Shown one piece after another: positions 1-12,598 of a DNA stretch of 64,000 nucleotides. The number at the start of each line of letters is the position of its first letter. The first letter of the stretch is position 1. The position numbers and the translations under genes are program-made. The notes under the pieces were generated by a model. The model had not been told where the DNA came from, made no database searches, and saw only the letters and a list, made by a program, of their open reading frames with translations. Origin of the DNA: Octopus sinensis (taxonomy: Eukaryota); contig NC_043005.1 of the NCBI RefSeq assembly GCF_006345805.1, positions 6,882,001 to 6,946,000 of the forward strand, given 5' to 3'.

Positions 1-342
1 GTTTCTACAGCTGGATGCCCTTCCTAACGCCAACCACTCCACGAGTGTAGTGAGTGCTTTTTACGTGCCACCTGCACAGGTGCCAGGAGGGTCCGGCATT
101 GGCCACGATCGGCTGGAGCTTTTAATGTGCCACCGGCACGGAAACCAGCCAAGGCGGCGCTGGCAACAGCCACGTTCGGATGGTGCTTTTTATGTTCCAC
201 CGGCACTGGAGCCAGTCGAGGCAGCGCTGGCATCGGCCACGTTCGGACGGTGCTTTTTATGTGCCACCGGCACTGGAGCCAGTCGAGACAGCGCTGGCAT
301 CGGCCACGTTCAGACGGTGCTTTTTATGTGCCACCGGCACTG
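1..342 (-). mobile_element. RTE LINE 3'UTR fragment with ~4 tandem ~60-nt units (runs off window start)
   Basis: Reverse complement of the GTGGTTGGCGTTAGGAAGGGCATCCAGC segment and GGTGGCACRTAAAAAGCACC units that follow the RTE ORF end at 36475-37246. Confidence 0.8.
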
Positions 343-1070
343 TATGTATGAATAGATGGATAGACTGACTGAAAACTAGATGAATAAAAAGACAGACAGA
401 CAGACAGACAGGCAGGCAGGCAGAAGGAGGGAAGGACAGACAGATAAGAATGATGGCCACAGTCAAGTGACTGAAACAAGTAAAAGAATAAAAAAAAATA
501 AAAGAACATGTTGAGATGTATTGTTGTTATTTCATTACAATTTAATTTCAGATGTTGAAACATCTGCCAAAATATGCACATAATGGTGTTAAGACTGGCT
601 TGCTTACTAATCAGAAAATTATGAAACACGGGATAAAGTGTAAATTATGTCACTTGATTTAAGAGTTCTCTTAATATTTCAGTTTCCTCTCTGATAGCTG
701 ATTATGATGCATGTCGTTGTTGATGGCTCAAGAATTGTGTTTGTGTCAAGCTTTCTGGCATTTAGTTGATGAGAAAAAGCCTTTTAGATATGATGCAAGC
801 CAACATCTGATTAATTCTTCATATTAAGTGATATCTACTTCCAAGCAAGATGGTCTGATGTAAACAGAATGAAGTACTTCACTTAAGAAGATAATAATGA
901 CTCGCTTGTGTCAATATGTCTCATATATTAGAAACCCAGATTATTTTGAATTTCCCAGTCTTTACTATTTACAAATTATCATACTTTATAAAACTACACA
1001 TGTATGCCAAAGTACTTTTGTTTTTAAGCTTGAATATTTTCAAATTAGTTAATATTATGTATTATATATA

Positions 1071-1447
1071 GGCGTAGGTGTGGCTGTGTGATAAGTAGCT
1101 TGCTTACCAACCACATGGTTCTGGGTTCAGTCCCACTGTGTGGCACCTTGGGCAAGTGTCTTCTACCATAGCCTTGGGCCCATTAAAGCTTTGTGAGTGG
1201 ATCTGGTAGACGGAAACTGAAAGAAGCCTGTCGTATATATGTGTATATATATGTAGGTGTGTGTATATCGCTTGACAACCAATGCTGTTGTGTTTAAGTC
1301 CCCGTAACTTAGTGGTTCGGCAAAAAGAGCGATAGAATAAGTACTAGGCTTACAGAGAATAAGTCCTGGGGGTCAATTTGCTCGACTAAAGGCAGTGCTC
1401 CAGCATGGCCACAGTCAAATGACTGAAACAAGTAAAAGAGTAAAGAG
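1071..1447 (+). mobile_element. tRNA-derived SINE family A
   Basis: Pol III A box TGGCTGTGTGAT and B box GGTTCAGTCCC, internal (TA)/(TG) tract, tail CCAGCATGGCCACAGTCAAATGACTGAAACAAGTAAAAGAG; more than 10 copies in window. Confidence 0.85.
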
Positions 1448-1657
1448 TATATAATATATTACAAAACTTGAGAGAAAGCAGGGTATATTTCAAAATAATT
1501 ATAATTTTTTCAAAAATATGATCAAAATACGATGTAGGTGTATGTATGAAAGAATAGGCAAGTAGAAAAATAGATTAACAGTTAGACCGATAGATTGACA
1601 GACAGAAAGATGAATGGATGGACAGAGATATAATTATGCATAGTTATTATTATTATT

Positions 1658-1870
1658 AATGCAGCAAGCTGGCAGAATTGTTTGCACGTTGGGCAAAATG
1701 CTTAGTAACATTTGGTCCATCTTTACATTCTGAGTTCAAATTCTGCCAAGATTGACTTTGCCTTTCATCCTTTTGGGGTCGGCGAAATAAATACCAGTTG
1801 AGCACTGGGGTTGATATAGATTTGTCGACCTCCCCCAAATTTCAGGTCTTGTGCCTATAGTAGAAAGGGT
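1658..1870 (+). mobile_element. tRNA-derived SINE family B
   Basis: AGCTGGCAGAAT...GAGTTCAAATT head, GCCTTTCATCCTTTTGGGGTC core, ends in (ATT)n; about 10 copies in window. Confidence 0.8.
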
Positions 1871-1881
1871 TATTATTATTA

Positions 1882-1920
<39 letters not shown>

Positions 1921-1923
<3 letters not shown>

Positions 1924-2802
1924 TATGTTTGACTTTTGCTTTATGTCTGTACAAGTTGGCTCCAAGTCTCACCCAGAGACCTCAAGAGACAACAGGTTGG
2001 AAGTTCTGTGCCATATATTTGGGTTTTTTTTTTTTTTTTTTGTGTTGTACTAGTGAATGTCTAATACATAAAAATAAAAAATAAAAAAATAAATAAAAAA
2101 ATAAAATAAAAATAAAAATAAAAATAAATAAACAAAAAAGTTTGTTTTAAACCTTGAGATTACATAGAGAGTATTTTGCGTAGGATATGAGCAGTTCCCA
2201 TGAGCACTATCTTTTGAATTTCTGCCATTTTGGGGTTTCCTGGTATCTGAGTTAGGTAGCAATCAGTCCCTTTCGCTATCATTCCCAGGGCACCTATGAC
2301 AACAGGTATTGTTTTAGTCTTCAGCTTCCACATTTTGCTGATTTCTATTTCAAGATCTTTATATTTGCTCAGTTTTTGGTAGGTCTTGACAGATACGTTT
2401 ATATCGATTGGGACAGTCATATCAATGAGGAGGCATGTTCTTTGTCTGAAGTCTTTCAATATAATGTCTGGCCTATTTGCATCTATCTTCCTGTCAGTTT
2501 GAATGGTGAAGTTCCAGAGGAGTGAGATGTGGTCATTTTCAAGCACAGGAGGTGGATTGTGTTCCCACCAGTTTTTTTTATGGGGCAAATCCAGGTTTTT
2601 GCAAATTACCCAGTGAATATATTGTGCAGCTCTATCATGCCTGTTGAGGTACTCTGTAGGCGATAGAAGACTGCATTTGGAGACAACATGATCAATGGTT
2701 TCATTTTGTTGTCAGCATACACAACATGTTGGGCTACTGCCGTTCTTTAATATGTTGGCCTGGTAGTTTCTTGTTGGTAGGCATTGATCTTGAGCTGCTA
2801 TG
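1921..2802 (-). mobile_element. R4/Dong-clade non-LTR retrotransposon, 5'-truncated (CCHC + restriction-like endonuclease + 3'UTR)
   Basis: ORF 2160-2588 has RPD...IDMTVP...K..KY.DL (PD-(D/E)xK RLE); upstream CxxC...ETIDHVVSKC...RHD motif; flanked both sides by (ATT)n. Confidence 0.9.
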
Positions 2803-2817
2803 ATATTATTATTATTA

Positions 2818-2852
<35 letters not shown>

Positions 2853-2896
2853 GTTGTGTTGTTGTTGTTGTTGTTGTTGTTGTTATTATCATATTT

Positions 2897-3106
2897 AAGG
2901 CAGTGAGCTGGCAGAATCATTAGCACATTGGGCAGAATGCTTAGCAGCATTTTGTCCATCTTTACACTCAAATTCCAAGTTCAAATTCCACTGAGGTCAA
3001 CTTTCAGGGTCAATAAATTAAGTACCAGTGAAACGCTAGGGTCAATGTAATTGACTAGTCTCCCCCCCCAAAAAAAATTTCTGGTCTTGTGCCTTTAATA
3101 GAAAGG

Positions 3107-3108
<2 letters not shown>
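2897..3108 (+). mobile_element. SINE family B
   Basis: Homologous to 1658-1870 and 26023-26257; (ATT)n tail. Confidence 0.75.
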
Positions 3109-3168
<60 letters not shown>

Positions 3169-3394
3169 CATTGTAAGTGCATACCCCCTTGTTTTATATT
3201 TAGAATAGATAATATTTTACTTCATTGAAATACGGGCATATATACAAGAAAGAATTAATTAAAAAAGGTAAAATGTTATTGAAATAAAAGAAATAGATCA
3301 AAATGTATATCAGTTATTAAACATAATATTCAACTTCTGATGTTTTGTCTTTTAAGTGTGAACTTAGTTTGTGAAGCAGTTGAAGAATATAAAT

Positions 3395-3785
3395 GGATGG
3401 AAGCACTCCGTCGGTTACGACGACGAGGGTTCCGGTTGATCTGAATCAACAGAACAGCCTGCTCGTGAAATTAACGTGTAAGTGGCTGAACACTCCACAG
3501 ACACGTGTACCCTTAACGTAGTTTTCGGGGATATTCAGCGTGACACAGAGAGTGACAAGGCTGGCCCTTTGAAATACAGGTACAACAGAAACAGGAAGTA
3601 AGAGTGAGAGAAAGTTGTGGTGAAAGAGTACAGCAGGGATCACCACCATCCCCTGCCGGAGCCTCGTGGAGCTTTAGGTGTTTTCGCTCAATAAACACTC
3701 GCAACGCCTGGTCTGGGAATCGAAACCACGATCCTATGACCGCGAGTCCGCTGCCCTAACCACTGGGCCATTGCGCCTCCACTAA
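3395..3785 (-). mobile_element. tRNA-derived SINE family C, full length
   Basis: Reverse complement of 46343-46727; A box TGGCCCAGTGG, B box GGTTTCGATTCCC; 13-bp TSD GAAGAATATAAAT (3382-3394 / 3786-3798). Confidence 0.9.
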
Positions 3786-4093
3786 GAAGAATATAAATAT
3801 GACTGTAAGGAAATAATCATATTGTTTTTCAAATGATTGAATGGAGGAAACTCAAGTGGGAGCAAAGGTAAATTGTTTTTGTTACCTGTATATTTGGTAA
3901 GAGCTCAAGATAATAACAGTGATAGACAGACAGGTAGATAGTTGGATCGAAATTTTAAAAGAAGTAGTTTATTTCAACACTGGAAGAAAAATATGGATCT
4001 TTGTTCTGTCTGTCCTCTCTTTCTCTTCTCTCTCTCCTCTCTCTCTCTCACCTCTCTCTCTCTGCTTTTGTCTTTTTCTATATAATCTTTTCT

Positions 4094-4299
4094 TCTCTAG
4101 GCACAAGGCCCAAAATCTCAGGGGAGGGGGAAAGTCAATTAGATCGACCCCAGTGCGCAACTGTTGCTTAATTTATCGACTCTGAGAGGATGAAAGGCAA
4201 AGTCGACCTCGGCGTAATTTGAACTCAGAACGTAGTGGCAGACGAAATACCACTAAGCATTTCACCTGGCATGCTAACGTTTCTGCCAGCTTGCCACCT
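4094..4299 (-). mobile_element. SINE family B
   Basis: Reverse complement of the family B head and core. Confidence 0.8.
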
Positions 4300-4589
4300 T
4301 TTGTACTTTGCTATATAATGGCATACACACAGATACATTCTTATAAGTGTACAAAATGACAACAGTATTATTTGTCTGTCAGTATGCATAAATGTATGTA
4401 AACAGATAAACAAATATAACTTTCTCAACACAATCATTAAAAACATTTAGTTAATTATAGGCTAACACTTTTGAAAATAAGAAATTTCTTGTACCTTAAT
4501 ATGTTGACATAACTACAGAAGTGTGCCCCCTTGCAACTTCATGAAAAAATGAATAATTTTTGATTAAATTTTTTACAAATAATTTTCAG

Positions 4590-4900
4590 ATTCTATAGAT
4601 TATTGTCTTACCTGCTCGCCTTTAATCTAAGGCAGTTTTCCTTTGTGTAATGGTAATGGCTAAAGAAGTTGTCTAGTGGATGATGTTGAAAAGTATGAGG
4701 ACAGAGACCTTACCTTTTGATAGAGCCCTCATCAATTTTTTCGAGTTTCAATTGAAAAAGAGAGTGAGGGTAAAAGAGGGGTGCATCCTCAAAAAATTTA
4801 TTGATAAGTGGTTCAAAGTTGCAAAAATGTGAACAAGAATTAGAGAAGGCACTTGCCCTTGGGGTTCAGAGAGATCTTGGATGGTGGGTTTCCTTGATTG
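4590..4900 (+). mobile_element. Degraded L1/Tx1-like ORF2 C-terminus
   Basis: Manual translation KAVFLCVMVMAKEVV*WMMLK...FFEFQLKKRVRV...KFIDKW resembles Tx1 ORF2 ends (AK..IW ... F...W); in-frame stop. Confidence 0.5.
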
Positions 4901-5011
4901 GCTCTAGAAGTCCTCCTGTATTTGGAGGATCACATCATTACCATATTTTTTAAAAAGTTACTGATATATGCCATGTATACTTTTTTCTTTTGTTAATATC
5001 ATATACTATTT

Positions 5012-5233
5012 TAAGGCGGTGAGCTGGCAGAATTGTAAGCATGCTGGGCAAAATGTTTACCGGCATTTCATCTGTCTGTATGTCCTGAGTTTAAATTCCG
5101 CCAAGGTCAACTTTACTTTTCATCCTTTTGGGGTCAATAAAATAAGTACCAGTTGAGTACTGGGGGAGTCAATGTAATTGACTTACCCCCACCACTCAAA
5201 GTTGCTGGCTCTGTGCCAATATTTGAAACCAAT
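5012..5233 (+). mobile_element. SINE family B
   Basis: AAGGCGGTGAGCTGGCAGAAT head; TTCATCCTTTTGGGGTCAATAAAATAAGTACCAG core. Confidence 0.8.
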
Positions 5234-5355
5234 ATTATGTACCATGTATGCTTGTATTTTCTTCTCATTCTTTTCTATGAAAATCCCCAAATTTTTTAGT
5301 CTGTCGTCTTTGTATTGCTACTCTCATTTATTGCCCTCATGGCAAATAAAAGAAA

Positions 5356-5372
5356 TCATCATCATCATCACC

Positions 5373-5404
<32 letters not shown>

Positions 5405-5561
5405 CATCATCATCACCTCCACCACCACCACCATCATCATTATCGTCATTATTATTGTTGTTGTTGTTATTATCATTATTATTATTATTATTATCATTCA
5501 GTAGTTTTATTTTTATAGTGTGCTTTCACTTCACTACCGAGCGCAGCTCTGTGTGCCTTAG

Positions 5562-5603
<42 letters not shown>

Positions 5604-5671
5604 TATTATATTATTATTATTATTATCATTATCATCATCATCATCATAATTATTATTATTATTATTATCAT
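5356..5671. repeat. Compound trinucleotide microsatellite (CAT/CAC/ATT/GTT)
   Basis: Direct reading; source of the poly-H, poly-I and poly-Y ORFs. Confidence 0.95.
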
Positions 5672-6389
5672 TTTACATTCCTTTGAATGTAAAATTGGTT
5701 TTTTTAACTTTTCTTTCTTTAATAACAAAAAAACAAAACACAATAACATACATTTGTCTCAATTTTAAAATATGGAAACGAGAAATTTCTGGCTGTGTGA
5801 TTAGTGCTTTTATATTCTATTTTGTTCTTACATTTGCTTACTGAAAAATGAATATTCTGGGTTGTTCACATATCAAATTTTAAGGAGGAGGAGATACGGA
5901 ATTTTGAAAAATTTAATTGGAAACATTTCTTTTTCTCAATTTCAAATTTCTAGTTTATACTCTCCAATTCAAAATTTTTGACCTTTTTCATATTATTAAT
6001 GATTTTTATATAAAAGTCTCTTAATTGTGTAAATATCTTAAAATAAACAAAGATATAAAATATGACAGTTATATTAATTTTCAATAGATATGTATAAATA
6101 ATTTCTGATTACATACAAAAGTGAATCAAAAACTGTTTGATTGGAGCTTTGTTTTAACAGCTGCATTCCTTACCTTATATAGTTATTTATTGATATGGCA
6201 TGTAGCACAAGAAGATAGCAAAATTGTGGCAAACATAGTGATGGTTGAAGTAGTAAATATTGCTGTTGTTTAGCCCAAGGTACATCTTTATCAAGTAATC
6301 TTATGATCAAAGGCATTCAATTGAATTAAATTCTACTATATGTATGCTGTTATATACTCACTGTTAATATTATGTATGTATGAATTCAA

Positions 6390-6591
6390 TGAGCTGGCAG
6401 AGTTGTTAGCATAATGAACAAAATTTTGTAGAATTTCTTCTGGCTTTCCAGTCTGGGTTCGAATTCTAGCAAGATCACCTGTTCATCTCTTGGGGGTCAA
6501 TAAAATAAGTACCAGTTGAGCACTGGGATTGACATAATCAACTATCCCCATCTCACCACGATTTCAAGCCCAGTGCCTAGTGTAGGAAGAA
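6390..6591 (+). mobile_element. SINE family B (diverged)
   Basis: GAGCTGGCAGAG head, GGGGTCAATAAAATAAGTACCAG core. Confidence 0.7.
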
Positions 6592-6937
6592 TTATGTATG
6601 TATTTTTTATTTATGCCTTAAGTTTGTATGTGTAGATGGATGGATGGATTGATAAACAAATAAACAGATGCATGCATGCATACATGTACATGTACATGCA
6701 AACTCTGTATCCACACAGCCATGCCTGTCACTTGTACATCGCTGTGTATATTTGTTCTAGTATCAGGCATGGCTGTGTAGATACAGAATTTACTTTATAA
6801 CTACAGTGTTTCAAGTTCTATCTTGCTGTATCGCTCTATCACAGGACATAGCAAATAATATTCTCAGCACTTTAGGTACAATTCAATTTTACTTTTGTTT
6901 TCTTTCAGAGTGTAAATATATTTTGATTCATTCTCAT

Positions 6938-7282
6938 AACAATAAGTCTGAGCATCTTTTCAAACTCCACCCATCTAACACCCATGGACATGTTTACAAA
7001 GTCAGAAAACAACACAGCTCCCATGACTTTCGGAAACATATTTTCACGCTAAGTGTTGCTGAAGCATGGAACAAACTGTCGGCATCAGTTGTTAGTTGTC
7101 GGAGCACTGCATCCTTCAAAACTTCCATGCTTTCTGAGATTCGCCAACACTACACCTGATTTTCTCCCCTCCATACACACACTCATACATTGTTCGCTTT
7201 CCAGACATTTGTACATTGCTGCATATGCTTTATTCACACTGTCTGACAAGTTGTGGTGCACCTGAGCACTGTATACAATAAT
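6938..7282 (+). mobile_element. CR1-group LINE 3' fragment
   Basis: HGHVYKVRKQHSSHDFRKHIFTLSVAEAWNKL...; near-identical to the 3' end of the element at 59730-60000. Confidence 0.9.
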
Positions 7283-8547
7283 TTCTATCTTGCTGTATGG
7301 CTCTGTCACAGGACATAGCAAATAATATTCTCAGCACTTTAAGTACAATTAAAATAAACCTTAGGGTTGGTTTTACTTTTCTTTTCTTTCAGAGTGTAAA
7401 TATATTTTGATTCATTCTCATGAGTTACATTATCTTTCACCAAATGTTACTTATGTTTTGCTTCAAATGAAAATGTTCTTAAAGAGGGAGACTAATTGGT
7501 CTCTTCTAAATAAAGGAAATGACAATAGACAAAATTCACTTATTATAAAGGATAAAGGTCACAGATAATGTATGTAGAATGAGCATACTGCTCTTAAGTA
7601 TGTGCTGTTTAATGCAATTAAACTGAGACCTTGACCAGGTACCGCTGTCAAGTGTTTTCCATCATATATTACCTTGCTTTAAACATCAACATAATTTTAG
7701 GGTTAAACTTTAGCAACTCTGGAAGATTTTATAAGTCGCAAAAAATTCAACTATCAACAAAAATGAACTCTTTATGTGTGTATTCATTCTCCATAAAGTT
7801 GATCTATATCAGCTATATAAAAAGAACAATGTTAACCTTTAGCTAAACAAGAACACCTGTTGTAATTCTGGATTATCTTAGATACCTGTTTTAATATTAA
7901 GATTCTCACTATCAATAATTCATTATTAGGAATTAAGTTGAAAGCTTTGCTCCTATGAGATTGTTATTAATTCAAATTTGAGCTTCTTCATTAGACCCAA
8001 AGTCAAAGTATTCTCAACATATTGTGGTTTGATATATTTTAGGTTTATAAGATAGGAATTAAAGTGCAATAGATAATTTGTATATTACACGTAAAGCATA
8101 TATATATAGTATTGAATGCCTACTAAACTGTGGTGTTCATCTTGAGAAATCATCTCTTATAGACATATAGTGTTAAAAAAACACAGAAATATATCAGATC
8201 AAATTCATCCAGCAATGTTATTACCACTGCTAGACAATTTTCATCTGCTGCTAATATATTTCAATGTTTTTAATACACTATACATCACTAAGAAAAGCTT
8301 TCTTGAGGTGAACACCACTGCTTTAAGTGTGAGATACAGATTGCTAATTTGAACTAATACTGCTAATAGTGAAAAAGGTTAGATACATTATGTGTCATAA
8401 CCTTGCATGCTAGTACATTCTTTTACAAGGTAGATCATCACAGGGACCAATCCTTTACACATAACTCAGTTCAACCATTGTTTTTAATTATTATCAACTC
8501 TAAGAAGTTGCAGTACACATGTACTCCACAATGTTCTTGTGAGTTAA

Positions 8548-8768
8548 CCCTTTCGTTACTGTATTTATTTTGAAATGCTCCGTGTTTCTTTCAATTACTT
8601 TAAATATTACAAAGAAATTAGTAAAATAATTTGGTTATCATTCAGCTAGTGTTAGGAACATAAATTGTGACTAAGGTTTGATGGAAGATTTTAATTCAAA
8701 ACTTATGAAAACAAGACATTTGTATTACAGAACCAGAGCCGGTTTCAGCCGGGTTGGTAACAAAAGGG
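8548..8768. mobile_element. piggyBac-type MITE
   Basis: TTAA on both sides (8544-8547, 8769-8772); TIRs CCCTTTCGTTAC / GTAACAAAAGGG. Confidence 0.85.
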
Positions 8769-9357
8769 TTAATGGTTGTAGCATGTCATTAAATAATTGC
8801 TTACCAATCAACCAGATGGCTTTATTATTAACATTTTTTAATATATTGATGATAACTCAGTTGCAACAAATTTCAATGAAATTCTTAAAGTAAGTTGGGT
8901 GTCCCTTCTCAAAGGCAGGTAGCAAACATATTTCATAGCAGTGTTTACAAATATAAAGGTTTAACGAGAACAGAATGTAGTAGTGGGGATGGGGTTGAAG
9001 GGAGCAGGGGAAATAGTCAAACAGAAAGGTTATAAAGGAGGTTATGAGAGGTAATGGTGTCATTAAGACCCAAAGGTGTCAGGTAATGCTGAATAAGTGC
9101 TATAGATGAACCGCAGTTAAGTTCCAGGTTCAGTGATTATGCGAATAAGGGCTTCAACGTTAGTCATGTGTCAGTGTGTGTATATAGACATTTTTTTTCG
9201 TAATGAGATAAAAAAAAACCAAGGGTGTGTAGATTTAAAAAAAAAAAAAAGACAGAAGGTCTTACAGCTGTTTCCAGGATATTTATTATATCCCTTCATC
9301 GCGATATATTTCCTTTCATCATATATATATATATAAATATATATGTGTAAGTAATAT

Positions 9358-9388
<31 letters not shown>

Positions 9389-9405
9389 TTATATACATAT
9401 ATATT

Positions 9406-9447
<42 letters not shown>

Positions 9448-9457
9448 CATATATATT

Positions 9458-9497
<40 letters not shown>

Positions 9498-9502
9498 CAT
9501 GT

Positions 9503-9862
9503 AGAAGAAGGAGACCTAGGAAAGCACAGGACAAAGTATTGAAGACCAATGAAGAAAAATGCTGACACTTACGAACAAGATGACAAAGGATTGATATATG
9601 TGGTGCAATTCTGTAAACCACAAAAGAACTGATATCCTAAAACCAAGGTGCCACATACAAAGCACTGGTGATGGTGTCATGTAAAAAGCAAGCAGTACAC
9701 TCAGTGAAGTGGTTGGCATTAGGATGGTCATCCAACTGTAGAAACCAAAGTCAAAACAGACGATGGAACTTGGTGCAGCACCTGGCCTTGCCAGTTCCCT
9801 ATCAAGCTGTCCAATTCATGCTAGCATGGAAAATGGATGTCAAATGCTGATAATGATGATGA
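9503..9862 (+). mobile_element. Older RTE LINE 3' end (ORF tail + 3'UTR)
   Basis: RRRPRKA.DKVLK...MTKD.YMW remnant, then diverged GTGGTTGGCATTAGGA.GG.CATCC segment and (GAT)n tail. Confidence 0.7.
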
Positions 9863-9902
9863 TATGTATATATGCACATACGTATATGCATATATACTAT
9901 TA

Positions 9903-10291
9903 CTAGCAGTATTGCCCGGCGTTGCTTGGGTTTGTTTTGACCCTTTAGAATTGGAATTTTTGAAAAGTAAAAATTTTGCATTATGTAGCTTGTTATTCTC
10001 TTTAAGTGAACATTTTTCAGGTTGAAATACACCAAAAATAGCGACACAGCAGTAAAAAAATCGTAAAAAATAGGGATTTTCATAGAAAAAAGGCACCTTT
10101 TTGATGTAAATAATTTTTGGTGTTAACTTGGTCTGATTTGAATTTTATCTTGTACGGAAGGAAGAGCAAGCCTTCTTCTATCATACTGTCAATTTTGGTC
10201 AACTTGCACTGCAGGGTCTTGAAGGAGACAGTGTTAGTTGAAGGCTACTAAACCTGCCATACACAGACAACTTCAGCTTTATATATAGAGA
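9903..10291 (-). mobile_element. Non-autonomous Helitron (family H-a)
   Basis: Minus strand 5' TCTCTATATATAAAG, subterminal hairpin CCCAAGCAACGCCGGG, 3' CTAG; copies at 18422 and 60266. Confidence 0.85.
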
Positions 10292-11844
10292 AATTGCTGT
10301 TGTCATAATTTTTGTTTTCAGTGCTGAGTTGCTGTGACTTAAGAGCTTTGACAAGCCTACAAGTTAGTCTTTTCTTCCCATACAGTAATTTCATGATGAA
10401 TTGTAAAAAGCACAACAAATTGTGATGAAGATATCAGGAAAATATCTCACAGTGAATAATCAAGTGAGAAGGCATAGCATGTTAGTGCTATTTAAAACAA
10501 AAATAATTTTAGATGATAGAAAAAAAAATTGAATTTGTTCGCTTGTGAAACTTAAAAGACATGCTTTCCTTGACAAATACTGATGTTGTTATAAACCTTC
10601 AGATAGAAAAAAGTAACAGAGAATCTAGTTAAATCCACAAAAAAATTAATTATAGCCGATAGGCTGAAATTGTTGGAAATCAAATGATGTTGCAATGAGT
10701 TGATAAATGATTTCATTTTAAGAAGTTCAGAAGCAACATTTTGTAAATTAAATCATTTTAAGGAAATCCTAAGCAAAATATAATTAAACTGATTTTTACA
10801 TTAAGATTCTGTTCTATGGATCTAAAACAAAGGTGTTGAATTCCATTCATAATTATCCATGTCCAAAATGGATAAATTGAAAGCAAGCATTGATGTTAAA
10901 CATTCCCTTGTTAGTAAGATTCTAATAACAATCACAGCACAACAGCAGTGAAGGTACATGTTTTATCAACTGCCATAACTGGAGTCAGAAACACAAATCA
11001 TAGGAATATCCAGTATGCAAAATAAATGTTATAAGTATGAAAAGTTCAATCGCATAGCCAAACATCACTAATCAGGGCCCCTACAATATCAATGAAGTTT
11101 TATATGAATATAGCAATGCCTCCTGCTCAAAGTTAATGACAGAAGTCTTAATAATATCAAAGATATGTATCTACAAATTGAATGATATTTCAGTTCAAGT
11201 AAAAATAGGTAGGTGCACATCTTATTCAACTATTTCATTCAACATTCAAAAACTTTAACAACTTGTGATAGTTCATAAAGCTACGGACCAGGAATTTGTG
11301 GTTATAAATTCTCCATATGACTTTGGATCAAGTGAAAGGTTTGATATCAAGGTATACTTTGTTTTAATATCAACAAATGGGAAAAATTATGTAGCTGGTG
11401 TTACAACAAATAATTCTGATTATCAGGGCTGTCGCATAATTTTTAGAGGCCCCCTGCAACTTTTTGGATTGAGGCCCCATCTCTTCAATCAAAATTCATA
11501 ATCTGCACACCTTTTATTCCTAGCTATATTTTACTTTATTCTATCTGAAGTTCAATATTTCTTGTTATCCTAAAGAACATCTTTAAAAGTACAAGTTAAA
11601 TTCATTTAGGGCTGGAACTATCACATAATTTCATGCTTAGCAAGGCCAAAATTTAATAGGGTTGAATAATTATACGATGGACTCACAAATATCAGAAGAC
11701 AAGCATTTCAAAATAACAACTGTGAAGTATAGTTGTCTCAGCATTTGTATGCGAAGAAGTTTATTCAAGAACATCAAAATACAAAATGATGCTTGGTGAC
11801 AGTGAATAAACACTATCTGTACATAGATACACACACACACAAAC

Positions 11845-11847
<3 letters not shown>

Positions 11848-11918
<71 letters not shown>
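11848..11918. repeat. (TG)n microsatellite
   Basis: Direct reading. Confidence 0.95.
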
Positions 11919-11920
<2 letters not shown>

Positions 11921-12200
11921 ACGTGCATGCGCGGCTTGCTTTTTGTACAGAAAGAATTTTGTCTCCAGTTTTTATTGCCTTGGGAGGTCAAAAGCCACTG
12001 TTCTGGGTACAAAGTAACCAGCTTTTCAACAACATCAAATAACAATGCCAAATATATATATATATATATCAAAAAAATTTCAAATGACCCCTCCTTGTTT
12101 TGTCTGTATCGTCTATCTGGATGTTTTGTTGTCCCTTTTTGTATCACCAAGTTGTCCAGATGTTTTGCGTTCTTGCCCCATTTTGTATTTTATATATATA

Positions 12201-12598
12201 CTAGCAGTATCGCCCGGCGTTGCTCGGGTTTGTAAGGGAAATAACTATATAAGCATTTTTAGAGATGTAAAGTATAATAGCCATCTTAATATGGCTAACC
12301 ACAAAGGGGTGGTGGTGTTACTGTAGCTTTTTACGTTCTGAGTTTTAATAATAAATTTTTAGAGAGTTACTTCCCTTATATATGCTAAAAATGCGTTAAA
12401 AATGGGAAAAATTGATAGTAAATTTTTTTTAAATCGTAGACTCATCGTAGAGGCACGCTAATACCCAGAAGGGCTCGATATGAATCATGACTACAAGATA
12501 CCCGCTTTTGGTTAAACTGCACCGCAATATGTGGGAGTAGTTAGGAATCTAAATCGTGGGAGACTGACACGACACAACCTCACTTTTATATATAAAGA
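12201..12598 (-). mobile_element. Non-autonomous Helitron (family H-b), nested in the hAT element
   Basis: Minus 5' TCTTTATATATAAAAG, hairpin CCCGAGCAACGCCGGG, 3' CTAG, inserted at A/T. Confidence 0.85.

Noticed and set aside
552-583. Possible terminal exon (TTTCAG|...DVETSAKICT*)
   Set aside because: Too short, no homology or upstream exon visible, and such acceptors are common in AT-rich DNA
5178-5649. Poly-His, poly-Ile and poly-Tyr ORFs
   Set aside because: Translations of trinucleotide microsatellites
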